Shown one piece after another: positions 22,589 through 30,964 of a stretch of DNA of 64,000 nt. The stretch covers positions 2,368,001-2,432,000 of the forward strand of contig CBDAOI010000004.1 in assembly GCA_965198005.1 (NCBI GenBank). The letters are read 5' to 3'. The DNA is from Spirochaetia bacterium (lineage in GTDB: Bacteria > Spirochaetota > Spirochaetia > SZUA-6 > Bin103). The position numbers and the translations under genes were made by a program. The notes below the pieces were generated by a model. That model did no database searches, was not told where the DNA came from, and worked only from the letters and a program-made list of their open reading frames with translations. Every line of letters starts with the position of its first letter. Positions within the stretch are counted from its first letter, which is position 1.

Positions 22589-23280
22589 ATGTCAACCGAA
22601 CAGACCGAACAGACCGAACAGTGGTTCGTGGGTATCGATTGGGCGACCCAGCAACATCAGATTTGTGTGCTTGAGGATGACGGCGCGGTGGTCGCGGAAC
22701 GGCAGGTGGCCCATAGCGGCGCCGGCATCGCCGACTTGTGCGCATGGTTGCACGAGCTATCCGGCGGGCACCCGGAGCGCGTGCACGCGGGGATCGAGGT
22801 GCCGCATGGCGCGGTGGTCGAGATGCTGCTGGAGCGGGAGGTGCAGGTGTACGCGATCAATCCCAAGCAGCTGGATCGATTTCGTGACCGGTTTACGGTG
22901 GCCGGCGCCAAGGATGACCGGCGCGACGCGCGGGTGTTGGCAGACTCGCTGCGCACCGACCGACGCAGCTTTCGTCAGTTGCAGGTGCAGGCACCGCCGG
23001 TGATCGAGTTGCGGGAATGGTCGCGCCTGACTGCCGAGTTGCAGGAGGAACGCAACGGGCTGATCAATCGCATGCGCGAGCAACTGCGCCGCTACTACCC
23101 GCAGCTGATCGAGCTGGGCGGTGACCTCGGCGCGGGCTGGGTTCTGGAGTTGTGGGAGAAGGCTTCGACGCCGGCGGAGGCAGCGCGGGTCCGGAAGGCG
23201 TCGGTCGCGGCCATCCTGAAGCGCAACCGCATCCGGCGCCATGATGCTGTCAGTGTGCTGCGCATCCTGCGGCTACCGGC
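22589..23280 (+). mobile_element. IS110 family transposase, truncated (DEDD RuvC domain + part of coiled coil)
   Basis: FVGIDWA...H, GIEVPHG, INPKQLDRFR, AKDDRRDARVLA; the C-terminal Tnp_20 domain is absent. Confidence 0.9.
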
Positions 23281-23284
23281 GGCA

Positions 23285-23712
23285 TCGGCGGCTCGCGCAT
23301 CGCGCGCAGTGCCGTCATCGGCATCAGGGAGAACATGTATCTGCAGGCGGCGGAGGCGTTTGGCGCGAGCGCGACCAGGACCATCTTCCGTCACGTACTG
23401 CCCAACATCATGGCGCCCATGATCATCACCTTCACCGTGACCATTGGCGGCGTCATCATGGCCGAGGCTTCGCTGAGCTTCCTCGGTTTCGGCCTTCCCC
23501 CGAATGTCGCCACCTGGGGAGGCATGCTCAGCAACGACGGGCGCCGCTTCATGGAGTTGGCGCCATGGCTGGCCATCTGGCCGGGCCTCTCCCTGACCAT
23601 CGTGGTTTACAGTCTGAATATGCTCGGTGATGCGCTGCGAGACCTGCTCGATCCCCGGCTGAAGGGCGGTGTGGGTCGTCTGGGTGCCAATAGTCGCGCC
23701 AAGTCGGGCTAG
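23285..23712 (+). pseudogene. DppC-like permease, C-terminal half
   Basis: SRIARSAVIGIRENMYLQAA..., HVLPN, EASLSFLGFG, GDALRDLLDPR. Confidence 0.87.
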
Positions 23713-23799
23713 TAGCTAGCTAGTAGTCGCCAGGTAACGTCGCTGTGGTACGGCTTGGGCGCTGTTGGCGGGGCATGCTCCCACGCGTATCATGGTGGC

Positions 23800-24186
23800 A
23801 TGGGTGCGTTCATGGTCGAGTGTAAGCTGTGGGATGTCGCCAAGAGCGGTCCTGAGAAGACGATCGCCGCGGTGCTGGTGGACACCGATTCGGAGTACAC
23901 CTGGCTTCCGGAGGACGTTCTCCTGGCGGCGGGCGTCACAGTCGCAAAGAAGGACCTCGCGTTCGTGATGGCCAACGGCATGACCATCACGCGAGATGTT
24001 GGCTATGCCTTCCTTTCCAGTGGGGAGTTCGAGACGGTGGACGAGGTTGTGTTCGCCCGCTCGGAAGATCTGAGTTTGCTCGGCGCCAGAACGCTGGAGG
24101 GATTCGCCGCGCGGGTGGATTCGCGCGAGAAGCGTTTGGTCGCCGCAGGGCCGATTCCTGTCGCAGGTACTGTCGCGGTCCACTGA
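23800..24186 (+). CDS. Clan AA aspartyl-protease-like protein
   Basis: VLVDTDSEYTWLP (DTG-like), LLGARTLEG; promoter TTGGCG-17-TATCAT ends 6 nt before the ATG. Confidence 0.75.
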   Translation: MGAFMVECKLWDVAKSGPEKTIAAVLVDTDSEYTWLPEDVLLAAGVTVAKKDLAFVMANGMTITRDVGYAFLSSGEFETVDEVVFARSEDLSLLGARTLEGFAARVDSREKRLVAAGPIPVAGTVAVH

Positions 24187-24224
24187 CTCCACCGTGGGGC
24201 GACACAAGTGTCGCGGGGGCGTGG

Positions 24225-24358
24225 TTTGCCGCCGCCGTCAGGATGGTGGTCAGGCCATGGAATCCGGCGGGCAGGCGGAACAGGCGGTTGGCGGCGCCGA
24301 ACAGGCCCTCGCGGAGCAGCATCGGCAGTGCCGCAAGGACGCCGCCGTAGGCGACCGC
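24225..24358 (-). mobile_element. Probable transposase remnant
   Basis: VAYGGVLAALPMLLREGL...F.LP.GFHGLTTIL resembles a putative transposase segment (from memory of the family, not searched). Confidence 0.4.
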
Positions 24359-24359
24359 G

Positions 24360-24422
24360 GACCTATAACACGTCAACGCTTATGACACTCTGTTCCCCTG
24401 ACAGCCGCTCGCCGAGAATTGC
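24360..24422. repeat. 63-nt dispersed repeat, copy 2 (motif A)
   Basis: 61/63 identical to 9167-9229. Confidence 0.9.
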
Positions 24423-24480
24423 CGCGGACTGAACCGATTGTACGGGGCGTGGTATGCTGTGGTGGAATGGAGGATAGCCC

Positions 24481-25287
24481 ATGGCCAGTTCGCTGCTCGC
24501 TCCCGCCAAGGTCCACTACCCCTCATCCGACGGCCGGCCGATGGCGGAAAGCGACTTTCAGCGCACGCCGCTGACCTACGCCGTCGACCGGCTGCGATAC
24601 CACTTTCGCAACCGCCGGGACGTGTACGTCTCCGGCAACCTGTTGCTCTACTACCAGGAGGGGAATCCGCGGGCGGTAGTGGCGCCCGACGTGTTCGTGG
24701 TGCGAGGCGTGGCCAACGCCGACCGCTCCAGCTATCGGCTGTGGGAGGAGCGCAAGGTGCCTGACTTCGTGCTGGAGATTACCTCGCGCACGACGCACCG
24801 CGAGGACCAGGGACGCAAGCGCGAGTTGTACCGTGCGCTTGGGGTGCGGGAGTACTGGCAGTACGACCCGACGGGCGACTATCTGGAGCCTCCGCTGCAG
24901 GGATTGGAGTTGCGCGCGGGGGAGTACCGGCGGCTGCCGGGGCGGGAGTTGGCGGACGGCACGCTGGCGCTGGCGAGCGGCGTGCTGGGGCTGGAGTTGC
25001 GGCTGACGGAGCGGGGGCTGCGGTTCCACGATCCGGACACCGGGCAGGACCTGCCGAACCTTGGGGAGACCGACGAGGCGCGGGAGCGCGAGCGGCAGGC
25101 GCGGGAGCGCGAGCAGCAGGCGCGGGAGCGCGAGCAGCAGGCGCGGCAAGCGGCGGAGACGCGCCTCGCGCAGGAAGCGGCAGCCCGCGCAGCCGCGGAA
25201 GCACGGGTAGCGGAGCTGGAGGCGGTGTTGCGCCGGGAGCGCGGTAGCGATTCCGGTCAGGACGGCAATCCAGCGGCACCTCGGTAG
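24481..25287 (+). CDS. Uma2 family (PD-(D/E)XK) endonuclease-like protein with coiled-coil repeats
   Basis: YPSSDGRPMAES, VAPDVFVV, PDFVLEITS, GVREYWQYDP; REREQQA repeats. Confidence 0.93.
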   Translation: MASSLLAPAKVHYPSSDGRPMAESDFQRTPLTYAVDRLRYHFRNRRDVYVSGNLLLYYQEGNPRAVVAPDVFVVRGVANADRSSYRLWEERKVPDFVLEITSRTTHREDQGRKRELYRALGVREYWQYDPTGDYLEPPLQGLELRAGEYRRLPGRELADGTLALASGVLGLELRLTERGLRFHDPDTGQDLPNLGETDEARERERQAREREQQAREREQQARQAAETRLAQEAAARAAAEARVAELEAVLRRERGSDSGQDGNPAAPR

Positions 25288-25321
25288 GTGGTAGGGTGTG
25301 GTCGGGTAAGCACCGTTCTGG

Positions 25322-25452
25322 TTGACCCGTGTCACGGGTCCGTGCTACGGTCACACTGTAGAGCCATGAGCTGTCAGATTTCTTCGACTTCTTCGACGCA
25401 GGTGATTGCCCCGAGTCGCGGGTCCGTGCTACAGTCGCACGGTAGAGCCATG
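25322..25452 (+). repeat. Tandem 38-nt direct repeat with promoter-like boxes
   Basis: 25331-25368 versus 25415-25452; TTGACC-18-TACGGT and TTGCCC-18-TACAGT; palindrome GACCCGTG-T-CACGGGTC. Confidence 0.65.
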
Positions 25453-25796
25453 GACGGTCCCTGTAGCGCCCACAACAAGTTAGCGCTTATGCCTGTACCC
25501 CCCCCCCCCCCCGACTTTTCGAACCGAGAAACAACTAACCGCTCCGGCTGATCGCCCTGTACGCGACCGCGCGCGCGCCGTCGCCTTCACCACCGCCGTA
25601 GCTATCGGTGGCGCCGGCTCGGTCCATCGCCGAACCGGCATGCGGGCCGCTCGCGCCGTTCCCAGCGGCCGCAACGGTCCCGGATCCCCGCCCGCGACCG
25701 ACTGCCAGCAAAACCCACCGCCGACGTTGCCGGTCATTCGGACTCGCTGCTTCGCCGACTACGACCCCGCGTGGCGTTGTGACGTGAGGAAGAAGA

Positions 25797-25968
25797 GGAG
25801 GTGAAGATGATACTGAAAGAACCGCACCCGCGCGCGGCGTGAGCCCGGGTGAATCCGTTGAGTCACACGCCGCGCGCTTTTAGTGAATTTGACTCAGACT
25901 GGCCGTCCGCGTTGCGGGCGTGAGAGTAGCCAGGGAGCGGCAAGTCGCTCCGCAATACTCTCAAAATC
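25797..25968 (+). promoter_or_regulatory. Conserved SBP leader (uORF + hairpins), copy 3
   Basis: GGAGGTG SD; uORF 25807-25842 MILKEPHPRAA; 12-bp stem followed by TTTT; downstream multi-stem. Confidence 0.85.
25807..25842 (+). CDS. Putative leader peptide MILKEPHPRAA
   Basis: Strong SD, matches the copy 2 peptide at 10 of 11 residues. Confidence 0.6.
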   Translation: MILKEPHPRAA

Positions 25969-25986
25969 CAAGCAAGGATACTAACG

Positions 25987-27795
25987 ATGACGAAAATCCT
26001 ATTTCGAATGACCTTCGCGATTGCGTTGGTCCTGGTCATGGCCGCAACCGGCCTGTGGGCCGGCGGCGCAGAAGAGGCACCGGCAGCCGCTGCCGACAAG
26101 GAGATGGTGACCGATCCCACCACCGGAAAGGTGGTGGTGGCACCACGGTACGGCGGGACAATAACCTACGCCCTATCAACAGACCTTCCGGGACCTGACA
26201 CCGTGCTCACTGGTGGAGCGGCGGCTCACTCCGCCGGTCCCGTTGTAGAGAAGCTGGGCGCCGCGGACTGGGCAGCTCCCAGGGACAAGTTTTCCTTCAA
26301 CATCTATGAACTCAATATTCCTGCTAACACGAAAGGGGTGCTGGCGGAAAGCTGGTCGCAACCCGACCCACTGACGTATATCATCAAAGTCCGCCAGGGC
26401 GTCCATTGGCATGATAAGGCACCGATGAACGGCCGGGAGCTGACTGCCCAGGATGTCGAGTACAACTTTCACCGTATGGTGGGTATAGGTAGCGGTTTCA
26501 CCGAAAAAAGCCCTATGGCTTATAGCTTCCAAGCTGGGGAATTCGAATCGATAACGGCCACCGACCAGTCGACGGTTGTTTTTAAGATGAACAAGCCCCG
26601 CCTCAGTGCGCTGGCTTCTATCCTCGACGACTGGTCTGCCTGGATATATCCCCCCGAGGTGATCAAGGAACACGGGGATGTTTCGGATTGGAGAAACCTG
26701 GTCGGAACCGGACCCATGATGATGACTGACTGGACCAAAGGCAGCTCTCGCACCTATGAGAGGAATCCTGACTACTGGGGATACGACGAGAAATACCCGG
26801 AGAACCGTCTGCCCTATATTGACCGGCTGAGGGGCCTGGTTATGCCCGAAGTCGCGACACGCACGGCTGCACTGCGCACGGGTCAGGTTGATTATGTAGG
26901 TGCGCTCGGCCTAACTTCATTGAGGAATCTCGACCAGGTAGAGAGCCTCCAGCGCACCAACCCCGAAATCGTGATATCGTCGTATACTTTTCGGAATGAT
27001 GGTGCTGTTAGCTTGAACGTTCAGATAGAGTCCTTTGACGACATCAGAGTGCGCAAGGCCATGCAGATGGCAATAAACATCGAAGAAATTAACAATTCCT
27101 ACTTTGGAGGTTTGGGAGATACGACACCTCAGGGGAAGATAAGCAGGTCTTATGCAGGGGTTGTCACCCAATTCGAAGATTGGCCCGAAGATGTCAAGAA
27201 GGTCTTTGATTACGACCCGGAAGGTGCCGAAGCGTTGCTTGATGAGGCCGGATATCCTCGCGGCGCCGACGGTATCAGATTCAAGACCAAGTTCTTGCAT
27301 CTCGAGCGGTACGATTTGAACTATACACAATTGATCACTTCATACTGGAACGAGATTGGCATCGATGTAGTAGACATTGAAGTATTGCCATTTGCTGGCT
27401 TTGCCGCGAAAAGAACTGACAAGGATCACGAAATGATCAGTAGCGAGTTGGCCAACTATGGGGATCCCATAAGCTACATGAGGTCCTATTCGAATCACCC
27501 GAGCAACCCATATGGGGCGGATTCCAATGTCAACGACCCTGTTTATGACGCCATGCTTGAGGCTGCCGAAGCCGCTACCACTATTGAGGAGCAGCACAGG
27601 TTAGTTCGAGAGTTGAATCAATATGGGATTGAGAAGTTCTGGATGATATGGACTCCTAATGGTCCACAATTCAACGCGATCAAACCGTGGATCATGGGTT
27701 TCAACAACGAAAACTGGATGGGTAACGGTCAAGTCCTGGTAGTGTTCACCCGCCTGTGGATTGACCAGGATCTGAAGACGGAAATGGGCTATTAG
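25987..27795 (+). CDS. ABC transporter substrate-binding protein, family 5
   Basis: Signal peptide, GVLAESWS, RQGVHWHDKAPMNGRELTA, DDIRVRKAMQMAIN, YDPEGAEALLDEAGY. Confidence 0.95.
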   Translation: MTKILFRMTFAIALVLVMAATGLWAGGAEEAPAAAADKEMVTDPTTGKVVVAPRYGGTITYALSTDLPGPDTVLTGGAAAHSAGPVVEKLGAADWAAPRDKFSFNIYELNIPANTKGVLAESWSQPDPLTYIIKVRQGVHWHDKAPMNGRELTAQDVEYNFHRMVGIGSGFTEKSPMAYSFQAGEFESITATDQSTVVFKMNKPRLSALASILDDWSAWIYPPEVIKEHGDVSDWRNLVGTGPMMMTDWTKGSSRTYERNPDYWGYDEKYPENRLPYIDRLRGLVMPEVATRTAALRTGQVDYVGALGLTSLRNLDQVESLQRTNPEIVISSYTFRNDGAVSLNVQIESFDDIRVRKAMQMAINIEEINNSYFGGLGDTTPQGKISRSYAGVVTQFEDWPEDVKKVFDYDPEGAEALLDEAGYPRGADGIRFKTKFLHLERYDLNYTQLITSYWNEIGIDVVDIEVLPFAGFAAKRTDKDHEMISSELANYGDPISYMRSYSNHPSNPYGADSNVNDPVYDAMLEAAEAATTIEEQHRLVRELNQYGIEKFWMIWTPNGPQFNAIKPWIMGFNNENWMGNGQVLVVFTRLWIDQDLKTEMGY

Positions 27796-27826
27796 GGAAT
27801 TCTTCCCTTCTGATCTCAGATTGAGT

Positions 27827-27869
27827 GGAGCTGGGATGGTTTGCGCTTCCGAGCGCGCTTCCCGGCTCC
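27827..27869. repeat. Intercistronic REP-like hairpin
   Basis: GGAGCTGGGA/TCCCGGCTCC stem, loop GCGCTTCCGAGCGCG. Confidence 0.7.
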
Positions 27870-27893
27870 CATTTCATTGCGTAAGGTGTCCGC

Positions 27894-28853
27894 ATGAAAG
27901 CCTATATCATTAGGCGGTTGTTGCTGATCGTGCCGACACTGTTCATTTTGAGCATCCTGGTCTTTCTCTCGGTACGCTTCATCCCCGGCGATGTCATCGA
28001 CGTCATGATCGGCAGGATGGCATTCTATGTGCAATTTGATGTAGACCGTGAAGCTCTCGAGCGTACGCTGGGGTTGGACGTGCCTGTCTACGTGCAGTAT
28101 GGACGCTGGATAGGAGATATCTTCAGGCACGGTACGCTTGGCGAATCCCTGTTTACCAGAGAATTGGTGGAACAGGCGATATTAGAGAGACTGCCGGTCA
28201 CCCTTGAGCTCGGTTTCATGGCAATCTTCATCGGGCTGGTGATCGCGTTGCCGGTGGGCATCTACTCGGCGATGCGCCAGGATACGGTCGCCGACTTCCT
28301 GGGGCGCTCTGTTGCCATCATCGGCCTGGCCACGCCCAACTTCTGGCTGGGCATCATGGTCATGATCTACCCGGCCATCTGGTGGGGCTGGGCGCCGCCG
28401 CTGGAGCTGGTTGCTTTTCCGGAAGACCCGCTGGGCAATCTGGCGGTGTTCATCATTCCCAGCCTGATTCTGGGCACCGCCTCGGCTGCCGCCACCATGC
28501 GGATGACGCGCACCATGATGCTGGAGGTGCTGAGGCAGGACTATATCCGCACCGCCTGGGCCAAGGGTCTCAAGGAGCGGGCCGTGGTAATCCGACACGC
28601 CGTCAAGAACGCACTCATCCCGGTGGTGACCCTGATCGGCCTGCAGTTGCCGATTCTGGTGGGGGGCGCCGTGATCATGGAGAACATCTTCAACCTGCCG
28701 GGCCTCGGCCGTCTCTTGCTGACTGCCCTCAATGAGAGAGACTACCCGATGGTCTCCGGCATCAACCTGTTCTTCGCCACTGGGGTAGTGGGGATCAATC
28801 TGCTCATCGACCTGGTCTACGCTGTCCTGGACCCCAGGGTCCGCTATGACTGA
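27894..28853 (+). CDS. ABC peptide transporter permease (DppB-like)
   Basis: Full-length paralog; QDYIRTAWAKGL, LDPRVRYD. Confidence 0.95.
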   Translation: MKAYIIRRLLLIVPTLFILSILVFLSVRFIPGDVIDVMIGRMAFYVQFDVDREALERTLGLDVPVYVQYGRWIGDIFRHGTLGESLFTRELVEQAILERLPVTLELGFMAIFIGLVIALPVGIYSAMRQDTVADFLGRSVAIIGLATPNFWLGIMVMIYPAIWWGWAPPLELVAFPEDPLGNLAVFIIPSLILGTASAAATMRMTRTMMLEVLRQDYIRTAWAKGLKERAVVIRHAVKNALIPVVTLIGLQLPILVGGAVIMENIFNLPGLGRLLLTALNERDYPMVSGINLFFATGVVGINLLIDLVYAVLDPRVRYD

Positions 28854-28905
28854 TTTCTTTCGCAGGCTGGTGAAAGAGAAGCCACTGAGCATCATCGCCG
28901 GGGTC
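28846..28905 (+). pseudogene. DppC-like permease, first ~20 codons only
   Basis: MTDFFRRLVKEKPLSI matches the RRLVKEQPLG of the other DppC copies, then breaks. Confidence 0.65.
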
Positions 28906-29185
28906 GGCGGCAGCGACATGGAGAATGTCCAGCGACCGGCAGCCAGTGGTCGGCGTGCGCAAGGTCAGCTCGATCGCACGCTCGTGCAGTGCAACCGGGT
29001 CGAGAAAGGGCACGTGATACTGGCCGGCGCGCTTGCGTGTGCGATAGGTGGACAGGAGACCGTCCACCTCCTGCTCGGTCAGCTCATCGATGAACACCTT
29101 GAACCGCAACGCGTTGTACAGTTCCAACTCGAGCACACTCCAGACCGGCAGCGGCTCCCGCTGGGAGACCACCGCTTCTACCCGT
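28905..29185 (-). pseudogene. PIN-domain (VapC-like) toxin fragment
   Basis: LELELYNALR, GCRSLDILHVAAA. Confidence 0.75.
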
Positions 29186-29333
29186 CGGTGGCCAAGGCCG
29201 CGGGGGTGAGCCGGCCAGCGAATTGGTCCATCAGGTTGTCGGTTGTCGATTCGCGGTGGCATCTTCAGGTCGGGTGCGGTCACCGCAATAATGCGCGGCG
29301 CGTGGCGGCGTGCTACCCTTGGAGCAGACGCCG

Positions 29334-30920
29334 ATGGCAGTGCGCTTCTCCCTCGAACAGTACGGCATCCACGTCGCCCGGATCGTCCGCAACCCGGCGC
29401 CGGCGCTGCTCTACGAGTCCGCGTTGCAGAACGAGCACGGCACCGCGATCGCGGCCAGCGGCGCGCTGGTGGCGATGAGCGGCGCGCGCACCGGCCGCAG
29501 CCCCGCGGACAAGCGGATCGTGGCCGAACCCGCCACCGAGCGCGACATCTGGTGGGGCGACGTCAACATCAAGCTGGACGAGCATACGTTCGAGATCAAT
29601 CGCGAACGCGCCATCGACTATCTGAACACGCGCGAACTGGTGTACGTGATCGACGGCTTCGCCGGCTGGGACCCGGCCCACCGGATCAAGGTGCGGGTGG
29701 TGTGCGCGCGCGCCTATCACGCGCTGTTCATGCACAACATGCTGATCCGGCCGCGGCCGCACCAGTTGGCGCGGTTCGGCGAGCCCGATCTGCTGATCAT
29801 CAACGCCGGCGCGTTTCCCGCCAACCGCTACACCACCGGCATGACCTCCACCACCTCGATCGACGTCAACCTGGCGCGAGGCGAGCTGGTCATTCTCGGC
29901 ACCGAATACGCCGGCGAGATGAAGAAGGGGCTGTTCACGATCATGAACTACCTGATGCCCAAGGCGGGCATCCTCTCCATGCACTGCTCGGCCACCTGCG
30001 ACAGCCGCGGCGGGTCGGCGATCCTGTTCGGGCTGTCGGGCACCGGCAAGACCACTCTCAGCCACGACCCCAAGCGCCGCCTGGTCGGCGACGACGAGCA
30101 CTGCTGGAGCGACCGCGGCATCTTCAATCTCGAGGGCGGCTGCTACGCCAAGGTGATCCAGCTCGACGAGGAAGCCGAACCGGTCATCTACCGCGCGCTG
30201 CGGTTCGGGGCGGTCCTGGAGAACGTGGCCTACGACCCGCGCACGCGGGAGGTGGCGTTCGGCGACGGCAGCCTGACCGAGAACACGCGCGGCGCCTATC
30301 CGATCGAGTACATCCCGCAGGCCAGCGTGCCGTGCGTGGCGGGCCACCCGCGCCACGTGGTGTTTCTGGCCTGTGACGCGTTCGGGGTGCTGCCGCCGGT
30401 GGCGCGCCTGACCCCGGCGCAGGCGGAGTACCACTTCCTCAGCGGCTACAGCGCCAAGGTGGCGGGTACCGAGGTGGGGGTCACCGAGCCGCAGGCCACC
30501 TTCTCCCCCTGCTTCGGCGGCCCGTTCCTGGTCTGGCATCCCACCGTGTACAGCCGCCTGCTGAGCGACCGGCTGCGCCGCCACGGCAGCCAGGCGTGGC
30601 TGGTCAACACCGGCTGGGCCGGCGGCCCCGCAGGCCGCACCGACCGGATTCCGCTGGCCTGGACGCGGGCCATCCTGGACGCGATCTACGCCGGGTCCCT
30701 GACCGGCGTGGCGGCCGAACGCGACCCGGTCTTCGGGCTGGACGTGCCCCGCGCCTGTCCCGGCGTGCCGGCGCGCGTACTGCTGCCGCGCGCGGCGTGG
30801 AGCAACCCGGCGGCGTACGACACCGCCGCGGCGCGGTTGGCGCGGCTGTTCCGGGACAATTTCACGCGCTACGCGGCGGCCGGCACGGGGCACGCGGCGA
30901 CCGCGGCGGCGCGCGCCTGA
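29334..30920 (+). CDS. pckA: Phosphoenolpyruvate carboxykinase (ATP)
   Basis: TGRSP.DK, GTEYAGEMKK, MHCSA, GLSGTGKTTLS, GDDEHCW, NLEGGCYAK. Confidence 0.97.
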   Translation: MAVRFSLEQYGIHVARIVRNPAPALLYESALQNEHGTAIAASGALVAMSGARTGRSPADKRIVAEPATERDIWWGDVNIKLDEHTFEINRERAIDYLNTRELVYVIDGFAGWDPAHRIKVRVVCARAYHALFMHNMLIRPRPHQLARFGEPDLLIINAGAFPANRYTTGMTSTTSIDVNLARGELVILGTEYAGEMKKGLFTIMNYLMPKAGILSMHCSATCDSRGGSAILFGLSGTGKTTLSHDPKRRLVGDDEHCWSDRGIFNLEGGCYAKVIQLDEEAEPVIYRALRFGAVLENVAYDPRTREVAFGDGSLTENTRGAYPIEYIPQASVPCVAGHPRHVVFLACDAFGVLPPVARLTPAQAEYHFLSGYSAKVAGTEVGVTEPQATFSPCFGGPFLVWHPTVYSRLLSDRLRRHGSQAWLVNTGWAGGPAGRTDRIPLAWTRAILDAIYAGSLTGVAAERDPVFGLDVPRACPGVPARVLLPRAAWSNPAAYDTAAARLARLFRDNFTRYAAAGTGHAATAAARA

Positions 30921-30964
30921 CCGCGAGCTGCCGCGGCCTGACCTGACCGGGCCTGACCGCGGCC

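Noticed and set aside
25331-25452. Two 38-nt repeats (and the pair at 22034-22153) as mini-CRISPR arrays
   Set aside because: Only two imperfect copies, no cas genes, and they fit promoter-like duplications better
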